A model generated the notes under the pieces. That model did no database searches and was not told where the DNA came from. It was given only the letters and a program-made list of their open reading frames with translations. The translations under genes and the position numbers were made by a program. This document shows positions 46,506 through 56,987 of a stretch of 64,000 nt of DNA, one piece after another (the first letter of the stretch is position 1; every line of letters begins with the position of its first letter). Source of the stretch: Bacillota bacterium (GTDB lineage Bacteria > Bacillota > Clostridia > Christensenellales > SZUA-584); contig JAEXTV010000031.1 in assembly GCA_023406895.1 (NCBI GenBank), positions 110,603 to 174,602 of the forward strand. The letters run 5' to 3'.

Positions 46506-47291
46506 TTATTGCGCGGCATCCCCGCGCTTTTTTGCGCCTTTGATCACAAAATAAAGGCCGATTGGAATGAGTGCGAGGCTGATCCATTGCGATGTGGACA
46601 GCAGCCAGAACGCGCCGCGGTCGCCGTCACCGCGCAGGAATTCGAGAGCAAAACGGATGATGCCATAGCCTGTGATATACAGGCCCGTGATCTGCCTGTC
46701 GGCACGCGGCTTGCGCGAATAGACGAAAAGAATGCAAAAGAGTATGAGATTGAGTGCAGACTCAACGAGCTGAACCGGGAAGAATGCGATGCCGTGCGGC
46801 GCGACCGAATCGGCGCGAAAATACACGCCCCAGGGCGGGTCCATCGGCAGCCCATAGCAGCAGCCCGCGCAATAGCACCCGATGCGGCCCACCGCGTGCA
46901 TGAGCGGCACCGAGGGGATCAGGCTGTCGGTCAACGGCCATGCTTTTAAACGATACTGTCTGCTGTAGACAAAAACACCCGCCACCGCGCCGATTAAACC
47001 GCCGTAAAACACGAAGCCATGCGTGAAAAGGAAGGTGATATCATTAAGCGTCCAGGCAGTTCCCGCGTGCGCTTCAATAAAGCTCGGCAGTGAGATCGCA
47101 AGATAAAGCAGCTTCGCCCCAACAACCGTCCCGATCAGCGCATACAGCGCGCAAAAGAAGATATCCTGTTTGGGTATATCTCGCCGCACCGGCAGATAGA
47201 CCGCAACGAGTATGCCAAGCACGCAGCCGAGCAGTATCAGCGGGCCGTACATCGGAATGGTCAGAGAGAAAACGGTGATCGTCGGGAGCAT
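46506..47291 (-). CDS. lgt: Prolipoprotein diacylglyceryl transferase
   Basis: Lgt pattern (MYGPLILLG.., HGFVFYGGLIG, GRIGCY.AGCCYG). Start at MLPTITVF. Confidence 0.88.
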   Translation of the reverse strand: MLPTITVFSLTIPMYGPLILLGCVLGILVAVYLPVRRDIPKQDIFFCALYALIGTVVGAKLLYLAISLPSFIEAHAGTAWTLNDITFLFTHGFVFYGGLIGAVAGVFVYSRQYRLKAWPLTDSLIPSVPLMHAVGRIGCYCAGCCYGLPMDPPWGVYFRADSVAPHGIAFFPVQLVESALNLILFCILFVYSRKPRADRQITGLYITGYGIIRFALEFLRGDGDRGAFWLLSTSQWISLALIPIGLYFVIKGAKKRGDAAQ

Positions 47292-47367
47292 CTTGATCCT
47301 TTCGGTGTGTATTAGAAAAATAGAGAAAGAGTGCAGCACTCTTTCTCATATGTTCTCACTGCAAATT

Positions 47368-47670
47368 TTAGCGGATAAGGCTGACCGGTGCGAGACAGGC
47401 GGTGCAGGCCAGCACCAAAATAACCGAGAAAGCCAACGCGACAATATTGAGCACAAGACCCGCTGTGGCCATGCCGGTCAGATTCTGCTTTCTCGCCGAG
47501 ATGCTCAGCACAAGGCCGACAACGCCGAGAATGATTGAAATGAACCAAAGAAACCAGAAGAAGATGGCGAAGAAAACCGCGCATATGCCAAGGACCATAC
47601 CCGCTATGGCCATTCCGTTTTGATTCGCAGGCGGAGTGGGCTGAGTATTCTGAGTGTTCTGCTCTTCCAT
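47368..47670 (-). CDS. Small membrane protein, DUF4190-like
   Basis: 100 aa. Gln/Thr/Pro-rich N-terminus followed by two or three TM helices. Confidence 0.65.
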   Translation of the reverse strand: MEEQNTQNTQPTPPANQNGMAIAGMVLGICAVFFAIFFWFLWFISIILGVVGLVLSISARKQNLTGMATAGLVLNIVALAFSVILVLACTACLAPVSLIR

Positions 47671-47789
47671 GGATTACCCTCCTTAATGATTTTAGAGTTA
47701 TAAATACCCTTCGAGTATACCAAAGAATGAGATTGTTGGGTAGAAAAAGATGGACTTTCTTATTTTTTCTAACATGGACTTTCTTGTTT

Positions 47790-49415
47790 TCATTCCGCAG
47801 ACTGTTGGCTGGCAAATGTGATGCCCAGCTGATTTGAAACATCATCAATAAGCAGATCCCCTCTGTAAGAAAAAACAATTCTTTGGCCTTCGTTGCCAAT
47901 AATGAAATCACCGTTTGGTTCTATCTTGACGGGAATACCCAGCTGCAGGCACAAGCGGTAGACGCTTCCCGCAGTCATTAAGCCTTGATCAACACGCACG
48001 TCGGAGAAAGTTTGCGGTTCGCCATCAATCAGTACAGTCACAGCCGCACCATATGACAGTTTGTACTGTAAGGCTTTTTCGTCTTTCCATGGCGTATAAT
48101 CACTGGTAAAAACATCAAGCATGTGCCGGAGCATCTTCAGCGCTGAGGCCTCGCTGGAAAGCCAGTCGTTATCAGTCAGCACGGGTCGCGGGATACCATT
48201 GGGGAAAGGGTATGGAGAATCAGGGGGAAGCACCCCGAAATAAAGGTCTGCGCCGCGAGCAAAAGGATATGTTTCAAGGTAGTCTTCGGGGATCGACGGA
48301 AGTATGGAGGCCAGTGTCTTTAACTCCTCATCATTTGCGACAGGCAGATATATGGTGCCATAGCACATGTCGTAAGCGCCGTCCACACCTGACGACCGAA
48401 GCGTTTCTTCAAACGCAGATTCTAAAAGATTATCTCTCATCAAATCAGCGGTATCGAGTATGGCATAAACCTTAAATTCCAGATCACCATAATCGGGAAG
48501 GCTGCATGTGTAAATGTGTCCCGTATCTGCCTGCTCATACTTTTCAGAAACTTCGATGGTTAAATCCGGGTACTTGTCGCCTAAATAAAGCTGTACGGCA
48601 TCCGGGCCGGTAACAACTTGAACAATGGGGATGGATTCAGGTGTCGGCTGCGGAAAATATTTAGTGCCATTTTGCCCGTTGAGCAGCAAGATAACGCAAA
48701 GAACAAGCACCAATGCGATTGGAGAAACCCCAAGGGTAATATTCAGCTTGCGGTTAGGATGCCGTGCCCTTGACCGCGCTTTAAGCGTGGTGAGCAGCCG
48801 GGCCAATTGACGGTAGGGAGGACGATTGGGATCTCGATTCTTTTTTGCGAAATATGCCCGCCGGATGGCATCGTAAACCACGGGATGGATCGTGTAAAAA
48901 TCTTTGTATAAAAGCTTGGTCAATTCATCGATGAATTCCGGTGAATCCATGACATGCTGAAAGTCTTCACTGTTGAGAAAAGTATACCATACGCTTTTCT
49001 GGGAGTTGCCATTGGAAAGCAGCTTGTATGCATTGTTCAGGACGGAGATAAAAAGAAGTTGTTCTTTGCGTTCAAGATACTGCAAGCTTTCGGCAGGAAA
49101 AGCTTCAAAATCATATCTGTCTTGTTCCGCTTGAGTCTGGTCGTTCTCGGGCAAGCTTTTTTGGGTAAAATCAAAACTGACGGGTTTTTCCGGCGCAGGG
49201 GAGGAAGGGCCTAACACAGGTTGGTCGATGTCAGCCGCCCGTTGGGGCTGCGACGATGAGGCCATAGCCAACGCCTTGCGATAGGCTTCGTTGAGCCTCT
49301 GAAACTCCTGCGGATGCTCTTCGGGGTGAAATTGTCTTATTTTTTGAGCATAGGCTTTGCGAATTGTATCCGCGTCTGAATTGGCTTCGATACCAAGCAT
49401 GTACCACACATTCAT
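47790..49415 (-). CDS. Membrane-anchored J-domain protein (DjlB/DjlC-like co-chaperone candidate)
   Basis: N-terminal J-domain pattern (WYMLGIEANSDADTIRKAYAQKIRQFHPEEHPQEFQRLNEAYRKAL) with HPE in place of HPD. Central TM helix (GVSPIALVLVLCVILLL). ~300-aa C-terminal domain of unknown fold. Confidence 0.8.
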   Translation of the reverse strand: MNVWYMLGIEANSDADTIRKAYAQKIRQFHPEEHPQEFQRLNEAYRKALAMASSSQPQRAADIDQPVLGPSSPAPEKPVSFDFTQKSLPENDQTQAEQDRYDFEAFPAESLQYLERKEQLLFISVLNNAYKLLSNGNSQKSVWYTFLNSEDFQHVMDSPEFIDELTKLLYKDFYTIHPVVYDAIRRAYFAKKNRDPNRPPYRQLARLLTTLKARSRARHPNRKLNITLGVSPIALVLVLCVILLLNGQNGTKYFPQPTPESIPIVQVVTGPDAVQLYLGDKYPDLTIEVSEKYEQADTGHIYTCSLPDYGDLEFKVYAILDTADLMRDNLLESAFEETLRSSGVDGAYDMCYGTIYLPVANDEELKTLASILPSIPEDYLETYPFARGADLYFGVLPPDSPYPFPNGIPRPVLTDNDWLSSEASALKMLRHMLDVFTSDYTPWKDEKALQYKLSYGAAVTVLIDGEPQTFSDVRVDQGLMTAGSVYRLCLQLGIPVKIEPNGDFIIGNEGQRIVFSYRGDLLIDDVSNQLGITFASQQSAE

Positions 49416-49438
49416 AGCAGCATCTCTTCCTGACTTTG

Positions 49439-51030
49439 TTAATTTTCTGATATAATCGTGATGCCCAAAGCCTGTGCAGCCTCGCCGATGTCAGCCGTCC
49501 CCTCCTCGGAGCATACGATAAAACTTTCATGATTATAAAAATTCAGCTTGTTGTCTTTGGCTAGGAAAGGTATATCAAGATGTTTACAGAGCCTGTAAAT
49601 ATCCCCAGCCGATATCACACCGTTCTCTGCCCGGACATCCTCGAATGTTTGCGTGACATCATTCGCTTGCACGGTCACGGGCTGCCCATAGCTTAGATAA
49701 ACGTTGCTGTTTTCTTGTGATAACGCAAGATTGGCCCATGGTTCATATCTGATCGTGTACTCTGTGCGCATGTCTTTAAACAGCTTGAGCATACCTTCTC
49801 TGTCGCGAGGCCGGTTGTGCCCGTCATACAGTTCGTATGCTGTGATCTTGGCGAAAGGAAATATAACTTGCTGCGGCAGAACGGTGATTTTTATATTGAA
49901 CTCGCGAACAAACGGATACAAATTTGAGCACTTTTCCGGAAGAGCCATTAAAGAGTCGGACATTTCTTCAAGGTACGCGTCGCTATTATAATAATAGTAC
50001 GCAACGTCTGAACAGTTGTTTCGGGGAATAAACAGATCAGAAGCGTATTCAACAGCCGTTTCCGCTAGGTTATCCTTAATTGACGACAAATCAAAAGGCG
50101 GGCTTGCATAGGCTTTAAACACCAAATTGTTGTATTCGGGCAGCGTACACTCAAAAGTATGAACTGAATCGTCTTCTATTAAGGATTCAAATACCTTGAT
50201 ATCGATATCGGGATATTCATTTTTGATATATGTTTCAACGTTTTCCAGTATGGTGCTGTTCAGTATGCTGTCAGCCACAGAAACGATCTTGTTGCTATTA
50301 TTATTTTTGGCCAAGTAAGCAAGCCCAAGAGAAGCCAATATTGAAATCAAGATAATCAGCCAAATATGCTTTGCAATAAATGACACACAAACGAATAAAT
50401 ATCTTTTTAAGCCAAGCTGTTCTTTGAGTATTTGCGCAAGCTGTCTGTACGGGGGGAGATTAGGATTACGGTGGTTGTCTTTGAAATATTGCCGCCTAAC
50501 CATTTTGTATATAGCGGGGTTGAAATCATGACGATGTTTTCTTAGCAGCTCGGTAAATTCGCCGATGAATACCGGTTCATCCATCACTTTAATAAAACGT
50601 TCGCTATTAAAAAAAGCGTGCCATACATCGAGGCGAGCTTCGCCAATCGTAATAAATACCTGGATCTTCTTAAGAATATCTGCTGGGGTCAGGTATTCGG
50701 ACCCTTTAGGTGCAGGTTTGGTCTTGAATTCATCGTAGTCAAAGTTATCACCTTTGGGTGTTTTATTTTCTGTTGTTGCGTCTTCCGGGGAGCGGCCGAA
50801 TTCATATTCGGCGGTTTGAGGCTCGTAGATATCCGTTTCCGGTATGTTGTCATCAAATAAGACCGTTTGCTGGACGGTGTCAGCAATGGCCTGCCTGTAT
50901 CGTTGAGCTGTTTAAACTCTTCAGGGTGTTCTTCGGGGTGGAATTGCTTAATTTTTGCGGCATATGCTTTGCGGATACTATTGGCATTTGAACCTCTGGG
51001 GATGCCCAGTAGACGCCAAGGGTCTTTCAT
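49439..51030 (-). pseudogene. Frameshifted paralogue of the membrane J-domain protein
   Basis: J-domain ORF (51030-50689) and the 382-aa ORF (50587-49439) are colinear with the 541-aa paralogue. Frames join at ~50898-50902, where ..FKQLND|YRQAIADTVQQ.. continues open in the -1 frame with no stop. Confidence 0.75.
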
Positions 51031-52769
51031 TTATCGTCTCCATCATTATCAAAGCGAAATAACACCGAGTTTTGATCGCTCATACCGGTGGTGAACTGGT
51101 CAAGAAATTCAATAAACTTAGCACGCATTTTTTTAATAGCCAAACGCTCCTGTTTTTCGAGTATCCCCATAAATACTTCGTAGTTGTGCATAATGGTTTC
51201 GCGCAATGAACCTGTCGTTTCTTCAAAAAGCCGTTCCGCTCGCGCCAAAACCAGTTTGTTCTCGTCCTCATCACGAGGATGAATTTTAAGCTTGGCAAGC
51301 TCGCTGATCCGCTTCTCAACCTCATAATCGGTCAATGAGCTGCCTTTGCTGATAATAACCAGCCGTTCCCTCTGCTGAGAGGAAACGTTGACCGCATCCA
51401 CCTCGAGTATGCCGTTAATATCATAAGTAAAACGCACATCAATACTTTCCTGGCCGCGAGGCGCAGGCGTAACTGACATATTGATTTCACCAAGAAGAAC
51501 ATTGTCTTCCGTGTACATGGATTCCCCTTGATAAACCCCCACTCTGATGTCCTTTTGCCAGTCTCCCGCCGTACAAAAACGGCTTTCCTTGCTTGTCGGC
51601 AGCGCGCTGTTGCGCTCAATAAGCACTGACATGAGTGAGCGATGGGGCTGAATTCGGTTGTGCACGTTGATACCTAGAGAGAACGGGCATATGTCTGTCA
51701 GCAAGAAGTCCTTGATTTCGCTGCAGCGTTCCTTTATGCCCACGAAGACGCCGAGCCCAAGAGCAACGGATGTGTCGGGCGACCCGTACTCACAGGTTTT
51801 GATGCCGCAAATATGCTCAAGATATTGCTTGACGATAGGCATATGGCAAGAACCGCCCACGAGAATTATGCTATGAATATCCTCTTTACCAAGACCGCTG
51901 TCCTTAAGCGCGTGCCGTACAGGCTGCTCGATGCGTCTAAACAGCGCTGAGGAAATTTCGATGAGTTTTTGATTGCCGATAATGATGCTGCCGGTGATCT
52001 CTTGATTAACCACCTTCATTTCCGTCGAGTTCTTTTTTGACAGCTCAATTTTGCACAGCTCCGCCTGCCGCAGCAATATAGCTCGCCCGGTCTCGGAAAG
52101 ATCCTTGAATTGAATACCGTTTTGCTGGCAAAAGTATTGTGCCATCACCTCGTCAAAATCACTGCCGCCCAAATGATTATCGCCGCAAACGGCCAGAATA
52201 CTGACGATGTTTTCAAAGCATTCGACAACGGAGACATCAAGAGTTCCGCCGCCGAAGTCAAACACGATATAGTTGCGATAAGCTGTCGGATCACCGCCGG
52301 CCATATAGCTGGCAAGTGCAGCGGCTGATGGTTCATTCACCAGTCTTTCCACATGAAGCCCTGCGAGTTTTCCCGCGCGCTTTGTTGCGCTGCGTTGATA
52401 ATCATTAAAATAAGCGGGCACGCTGATGATAGCCTCAGTAACGGGTTCCCCTGTAAAACGCTCCGCGTCTTCACGCAGCTGCCGAAGAACAAGCGCGGAC
52501 AGCTCTTCGGGCAGGTAAGCTTGTTTTCCCAGATGAAATTCGGTGCCGCTCCCCATTTGCCGCTTAAAAAGTGCCGCTGTCAATTCAGGATGAGAGATCA
52601 GGCGTTCTTTTGCGATCTTGCCAATATACAAAGTGCCGTTCTCATCAATGCTGACAACGCTCGGTGTTAAAAATTCGGAAAAACTATTCGGAACCAATTC
52701 ACTTTTGCCGTTGCGCCAAATGGCGCACAGGCTGTTGGTGGTTCCAAGATCAATACCTATTACTGCCAT
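51027..52769 (-). CDS. Hsp70-family chaperone, non-DnaK (HscC-like)
   Basis: Start MAVIGIDLGTTNS (RBS GGGAGGG). Actin-fold ATPase motifs (DLGTTNS, VPAYFND.QR, DFGGGTLDVS, ILVGGS). ~580 aa. Stop overlaps the start of the J-domain gene (ATGA). Confidence 0.9.
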   Translation of the reverse strand: MAVIGIDLGTTNSLCAIWRNGKSELVPNSFSEFLTPSVVSIDENGTLYIGKIAKERLISHPELTAALFKRQMGSGTEFHLGKQAYLPEELSALVLRQLREDAERFTGEPVTEAIISVPAYFNDYQRSATKRAGKLAGLHVERLVNEPSAAALASYMAGGDPTAYRNYIVFDFGGGTLDVSVVECFENIVSILAVCGDNHLGGSDFDEVMAQYFCQQNGIQFKDLSETGRAILLRQAELCKIELSKKNSTEMKVVNQEITGSIIIGNQKLIEISSALFRRIEQPVRHALKDSGLGKEDIHSIILVGGSCHMPIVKQYLEHICGIKTCEYGSPDTSVALGLGVFVGIKERCSEIKDFLLTDICPFSLGINVHNRIQPHRSLMSVLIERNSALPTSKESRFCTAGDWQKDIRVGVYQGESMYTEDNVLLGEINMSVTPAPRGQESIDVRFTYDINGILEVDAVNVSSQQRERLVIISKGSSLTDYEVEKRISELAKLKIHPRDEDENKLVLARAERLFEETTGSLRETIMHNYEVFMGILEKQERLAIKKMRAKFIEFLDQFTTGMSDQNSVLFRFDNDGDDK

Positions 52770-52948
52770 AAGCCCTCCCAATGACACCACTTTATACATA
52801 ATAAACCATAAATATATACATTTCAACAATAACGGTATACTTTGTATGAAGCTGCTACGGATTATCATTGATTTAAGGTTTATTTTGGGTTGAAAGCATG
52901 ATATACTTTACCAGTTAATTATCATTATGAATAAGGAGCTGAAGTGCT

Positions 52949-53662
52949 TTGGCAAAGATCAATAAAAAGTACAAATATTTATTGCTTGATGTGGACGATA
53001 CGCTGATGGATTTCAAAAAGATCGAAGCGGAAGCGCTGCACAAGCTGTTTGAATACTACGGGCATCCGCTCACCGCGGAGCTGCTGAAGGTTTATCATAC
53101 AATCAACAAAGGGCTTTGGGCAGACTATGAACTGGGCCGCGTGGCCATGCGCGATATGCTCAATAACCGGTTTGGGCAGACTATGGCCGAGTTTGGCATC
53201 GCGGTGGACAGCGGGGAGTGGGAGCTGCGTTATCAGGCCCTACTCGGCGAAGGCGGGCATCTTATCGACGATGCGAAAGAGGTTGTCACACGCCTTCGCA
53301 ATTCATACAGGCTGTTCGTGGTCACCAATGGTGTGAGGGAAACGCAGCGGCGCCGGCTCGAAGCGGGTGGGCTGTACAGCCTTTTTGAGGCGGTGTTCGA
53401 TTCGCAGAGTATCGGTTATCAGAAGCCCGCGAAGGAATTTTTCGATCATGTGGCGGCGAATATCGACGGCTTTGATAAACAAAGCGCGCTGATCATCGGC
53501 GATTCACTGACGACCGATATCAGGGGAGGCATTTCGGCAGGCATCGATACCTGCTGGTTCAACAGAAACCCGGAGAAGAGCGCGGAGGATCTGCCCATCA
53601 CCTATACGGTCACGAGGCTTACGCAGCTTTATGACATACTCGGAGTAACGCATGAGGGATAA
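52949..53662 (+). CDS. HAD family hydrolase (YjjG-like nucleotidase subfamily)
   Basis: LLDVDDTL motif I, VTNG, GDSL.TDI motif. TTG start with RBS AAGGAG. Confidence 0.75.
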   Translation: MAKINKKYKYLLLDVDDTLMDFKKIEAEALHKLFEYYGHPLTAELLKVYHTINKGLWADYELGRVAMRDMLNNRFGQTMAEFGIAVDSGEWELRYQALLGEGGHLIDDAKEVVTRLRNSYRLFVVTNGVRETQRRRLEAGGLYSLFEAVFDSQSIGYQKPAKEFFDHVAANIDGFDKQSALIIGDSLTTDIRGGISAGIDTCWFNRNPEKSAEDLPITYTVTRLTQLYDILGVTHEG

Positions 53663-54698
53663 GCTTCTCGGGTGGTATGATGATAACAAGCGTGATTTGC
53701 CGTGGCGGCGGCGCAGCGGCGCGTACGCGGTGCTTGTATCTGAAATGATGCTTCAGCAAACCACGGTGGAAACGGTGCTGCGCTATTATGAACCGTTCCT
53801 TGAGCGCTTCCCTGATGTGCATGCGCTTGCGGCGGCGGATGAGCAAGAGGTGCTGGCCTGCTGGAAGGGGCTCGGGTATTATTCGCGCGCGCGCAATTTG
53901 CACCGCATTGCGAAGCTGGTTGTCAGCGAATACGGCGGCGACTTTCCCGATTCGTTTGAAGCGTGGCGAAAATTGCCCGGCGTCGGGCCATATATGACGG
54001 GCGCGGTGATGAGCATCGCTTTTGGAAAAGCGTATCCCGCGGTTGACGGCAACGTGCTCCGCGTGATTTCGCGGGCTTTTGCGCTGCGAGAGGACATCAG
54101 CAGCCCCGCGGCGCGCAAGCAGACCGAAGCGCGTGTGGCCGCGATGATGCCGGCGCAGCGCGCGGGTGATTTCACTCAGGCGCTGATGGAGCTCGGTGCA
54201 CTGGTCTGTCGTCCCGTTTCGCCCGATTGCGCGGCCTGCCCATGGCAAGAGGATTGTGCGGCGCTTCGTGAAGATATCGTGAATGAACTGCCTGTCAGAA
54301 AACCGCGTGCCAAGGTGAAAACCGTGGCATTGTGGGCGGCACTGATCGAAACGCCGGATGCCGTGCTGCTGCATTACCGAAGCGGAGATACGCTGCTGGG
54401 GCGGCTCTGGGGCCTGCCCGTCGCAGAGAAGCAGGAAGGTGACTCAGCCGAGACTGCGTTCTTTAAAAAGTACGGTATTCAATTGACTGATGGAGAAGCT
54501 TTAACGCATGCGGCGCACGTGTTCACGCACCAGCGCTGGGAGATGGACGTGATCGCATACAGGCCGCAAAATGAGATAAAACCGGATGACGGCGAATGGG
54601 AGTTTGTCAGCTGGGAATCAATAGATGAAAAGCCCATTCCCACGGCGTTTATGAGGATATTAAACGATGTGCGCAAAAGGAGGATAAGCGATGGATAA
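53652..54698 (+). CDS. mutY: A/G-specific adenine DNA glycosylase
   Basis: [18 protein letters not shown], HhH-GPD (LPGVGPYT), 4Fe-4S cluster loop C.....C..C.....C, NUDIX-like C-terminal domain. Confidence 0.92.
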   Translation: MRDKLLGWYDDNKRDLPWRRRSGAYAVLVSEMMLQQTTVETVLRYYEPFLERFPDVHALAAADEQEVLACWKGLGYYSRARNLHRIAKLVVSEYGGDFPDSFEAWRKLPGVGPYMTGAVMSIAFGKAYPAVDGNVLRVISRAFALREDISSPAARKQTEARVAAMMPAQRAGDFTQALMELGALVCRPVSPDCAACPWQEDCAALREDIVNELPVRKPRAKVKTVALWAALIETPDAVLLHYRSGDTLLGRLWGLPVAEKQEGDSAETAFFKKYGIQLTDGEALTHAAHVFTHQRWEMDVIAYRPQNEIKPDDGEWEFVSWESIDEKPIPTAFMRILNDVRKRRISDG

Positions 54699-55620
54699 GA
54701 AGGCGGTATTCGCGGGCGGATGCTTTTGGTGCATGGAGCCCCCGTACGCAGGCATTCCCGGCGTGAAGCAGGTGCTCCCGGGCTACACGGGCGGGCAGAC
54801 AGAGAACCCCACTTATGAGCAGGTTTGTGCGGGCGGCACGGGCCACTATGAAGCCGTCGAAGTCACGTACGACCCTGAAAAAGTGTCGTTTGAGCAATTA
54901 TTGGAAGTGTTTTGGCGCCAGATAGACCCGACGGACGCATTCGGACAGTTCGCGGACAGGGGCCGCCAGTATCAGACGGCAATATTTTATCGCGATGACG
55001 AGGAAAAGCGCATCGTCGAGGACTCGGTGCGGCGCATCCAGCGCCTGTTCGACAAACCCATTCGCACACAGGTACTGCCCGCGGCTGTGTTTTATCCGGC
55101 GGAGGGCGGGCACTGTGAGTACTATAAGAAGAACCCGACGCACTATACGCGCTACAAGGCGGGTTCGGGGCGCGAGGCGTATATCCACAGCGTGTGGGGC
55201 GACGATGCGCTAAAACAAAGGCTCACGCCGGTTCAGTACAGCGTCACAAGGCAGAGCGCCACAGAGCCGCCGTTTCGCAACGAATACTGGGATAATCACG
55301 AGCCGGGGCTGTATGTGGATATCATATCGGGAGAACCGCTGTTTACGTCGAAAGATAAGTTCGATTCGGGCTGCGGCTGGCCGAGCTTTTCAAAGCCGGT
55401 GGATAAGCGCCGCATCGAAGAAAAGACTGACATGAGCCATGGGATGATCCGCACCGAGGTGAGAACCAAGGGATCGGATGCGCATCTCGGGCATGTGTTT
55501 CCGGACGGGCCGGGGCCGGAGGGCCTCCGGTACTGCATCAATTCGGCGTCGCTGCGCTTCGTGCCAATTGATGATCTTGAAAAAGAGGGATACGGCGAAT
55601 ACAGGAAGCTGTTTGAGTAG
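54691..55620 (+). CDS. msrAB: Bifunctional methionine sulfoxide reductase MsrA/MsrB
   Basis: N-terminal GCFWC (MsrA). C-terminal SelR domain with RYCINSASL. Confidence 0.92.
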   Translation: MDKKAVFAGGCFWCMEPPYAGIPGVKQVLPGYTGGQTENPTYEQVCAGGTGHYEAVEVTYDPEKVSFEQLLEVFWRQIDPTDAFGQFADRGRQYQTAIFYRDDEEKRIVEDSVRRIQRLFDKPIRTQVLPAAVFYPAEGGHCEYYKKNPTHYTRYKAGSGREAYIHSVWGDDALKQRLTPVQYSVTRQSATEPPFRNEYWDNHEPGLYVDIISGEPLFTSKDKFDSGCGWPSFSKPVDKRRIEEKTDMSHGMIRTEVRTKGSDAHLGHVFPDGPGPEGLRYCINSASLRFVPIDDLEKEGYGEYRKLFE

Positions 55621-56024
55621 CAGCTTTCTGCTTGTTAAAAATGCTGCTTATGTCATTGCTGTGAAAAGCAATTCATCGGTCATCCAGTCCACTTCGTAGT
55701 GAGGAGCGAAGCGACGATAGCGAAGTGGAATAGGATGAGTTAAGACGGATTTTTTATCCGCTGTCGCGGTCACATAGCGAAGCGCGTTCGCGACGATAGC
55801 GGAAAGAATGCCGCTGTCCGTCGGTTTAGTCACTGTCTTGCGGCAGCGTATGAACGATTGAAGAGTCGCTCGCTTGTTACATACGTTCTTAGCGCACCAC
55901 AAGATTGAATGACCGAATATTCTGTTTGAGTTGAATTAAATTGTGTTTCTTTATTTGCCAAATTCTCATTCTTATGTTATAATCGTTATCGAGAAATATT
56001 CCGAATAAGAAGGGGTCAAGAGTC

Positions 56025-56777
56025 ATGAAAATCGTCTCATGGAACGTCAATGGCCTGCGCGCGTGCTACGGCAAGGGCTTTACAGATTTTTTCACCGCAG
56101 GCAACGCGGATATCTTCTGCGTTCAGGAAACAAAGCTGCAGCGCGGCGATTTTGAATTTGACCGGCCCGACTACTTTGATTACTGGAACGATGCGGAGAA
56201 AAAGGGCTATTCGGGCACGGCGGTGTTTACCAAGCAAGAGCCCATTGCGGTCACCTACGGCATCGGTATGGACGCGCACGACCATGAGGGCCGCGTGATC
56301 ACACTTGAGTTCGACGGTTTCTATTTCGTGAACGTGTACGTGCCGAACGCGGGAGAGGAACTCAAAAGGCTTAACTACCGCATGGAATGGGACGAGGCCT
56401 TTCGCGGCTACCTCACATCGCTGGATGCCAAAAAGAGCGTCATCGTCTGCGGCGATTTTAACGTGGCGCATCAGCCGATCGATTTGAAAAACCCGTCTTC
56501 CAACAAGCACACGGCGGGCTTTACCGATGAGGAGCGAGAAGGCTTCACCAAGCTGCTGAGTGCGGGCTTTACCGATTCGTTCCGCCATCTTTATCCCGAA
56601 AAGCGAGACGCGTACACCTATTGGTCTTACCGATTCGGCGCGCGGGCGCGCAACGCGGGCTGGCGCATTGATTACGCGTGCATTTCACAAAGGCTCAACA
56701 GCGAGCTGCGTGAATTCACAATACACAGCGATGTGATGGGCTCAGATCATTGCCCGGTATCTATCGACATATTTTAA
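56025..56777 (+). CDS. xth: Exodeoxyribonuclease III
   Basis: MKIVSWNVNGLRA.., CVQETK, GDFNVAH, SDHCPV. Confidence 0.93.
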   Translation: MKIVSWNVNGLRACYGKGFTDFFTAGNADIFCVQETKLQRGDFEFDRPDYFDYWNDAEKKGYSGTAVFTKQEPIAVTYGIGMDAHDHEGRVITLEFDGFYFVNVYVPNAGEELKRLNYRMEWDEAFRGYLTSLDAKKSVIVCGDFNVAHQPIDLKNPSSNKHTAGFTDEEREGFTKLLSAGFTDSFRHLYPEKRDAYTYWSYRFGARARNAGWRIDYACISQRLNSELREFTIHSDVMGSDHCPVSIDIF

Positions 56778-56791
56778 AGGAGGGTATTTTT

Positions 56792-56944
56792 ATGGCACAG
56801 TTTATTTGCAGAGCGTGCGGTTACACCTTTTACGACGAGAACAACGAACCCGACTATGAGGAATTGAGCGAAGCGGTTCCGGTCGATTTTGAATGCCCGT
56901 GCTGCGGCAAAACCGAATGTGAGCTTACGAAAGAGCAAGCGTGA
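56792..56944 (+). CDS. Small rubredoxin-like zinc-ribbon protein
   Basis: 50 aa. CRACG...CPCCG pairs. RBS AAGGAGGG upstream of the ATG at 56792. Confidence 0.6.
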   Translation: MAQFICRACGYTFYDENNEPDYEELSEAVPVDFECPCCGKTECELTKEQA

Positions 56945-56987
56945 CGGTTCACGCATAACCGCCGCGTCGATTCAGAATAATAGAACC

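Noticed and set aside
52770-52868. Upstream extension of the Hsp70 ORF
   Set aside because: The canonical Hsp70 N-terminus MAVIGIDLGTTNS starts at 52769 with a strong RBS (GGGAGGG). The extension is hydrophobic junk.
55621-56024. 84-aa minus-strand ORF and inverted repeat CCACTTCG...CGAAGTGG between msrAB and xth
   Set aside because: The ORF has no start context. The region looks like another short palindromic repeat (AGCGAAGCG motifs) rather than a gene.
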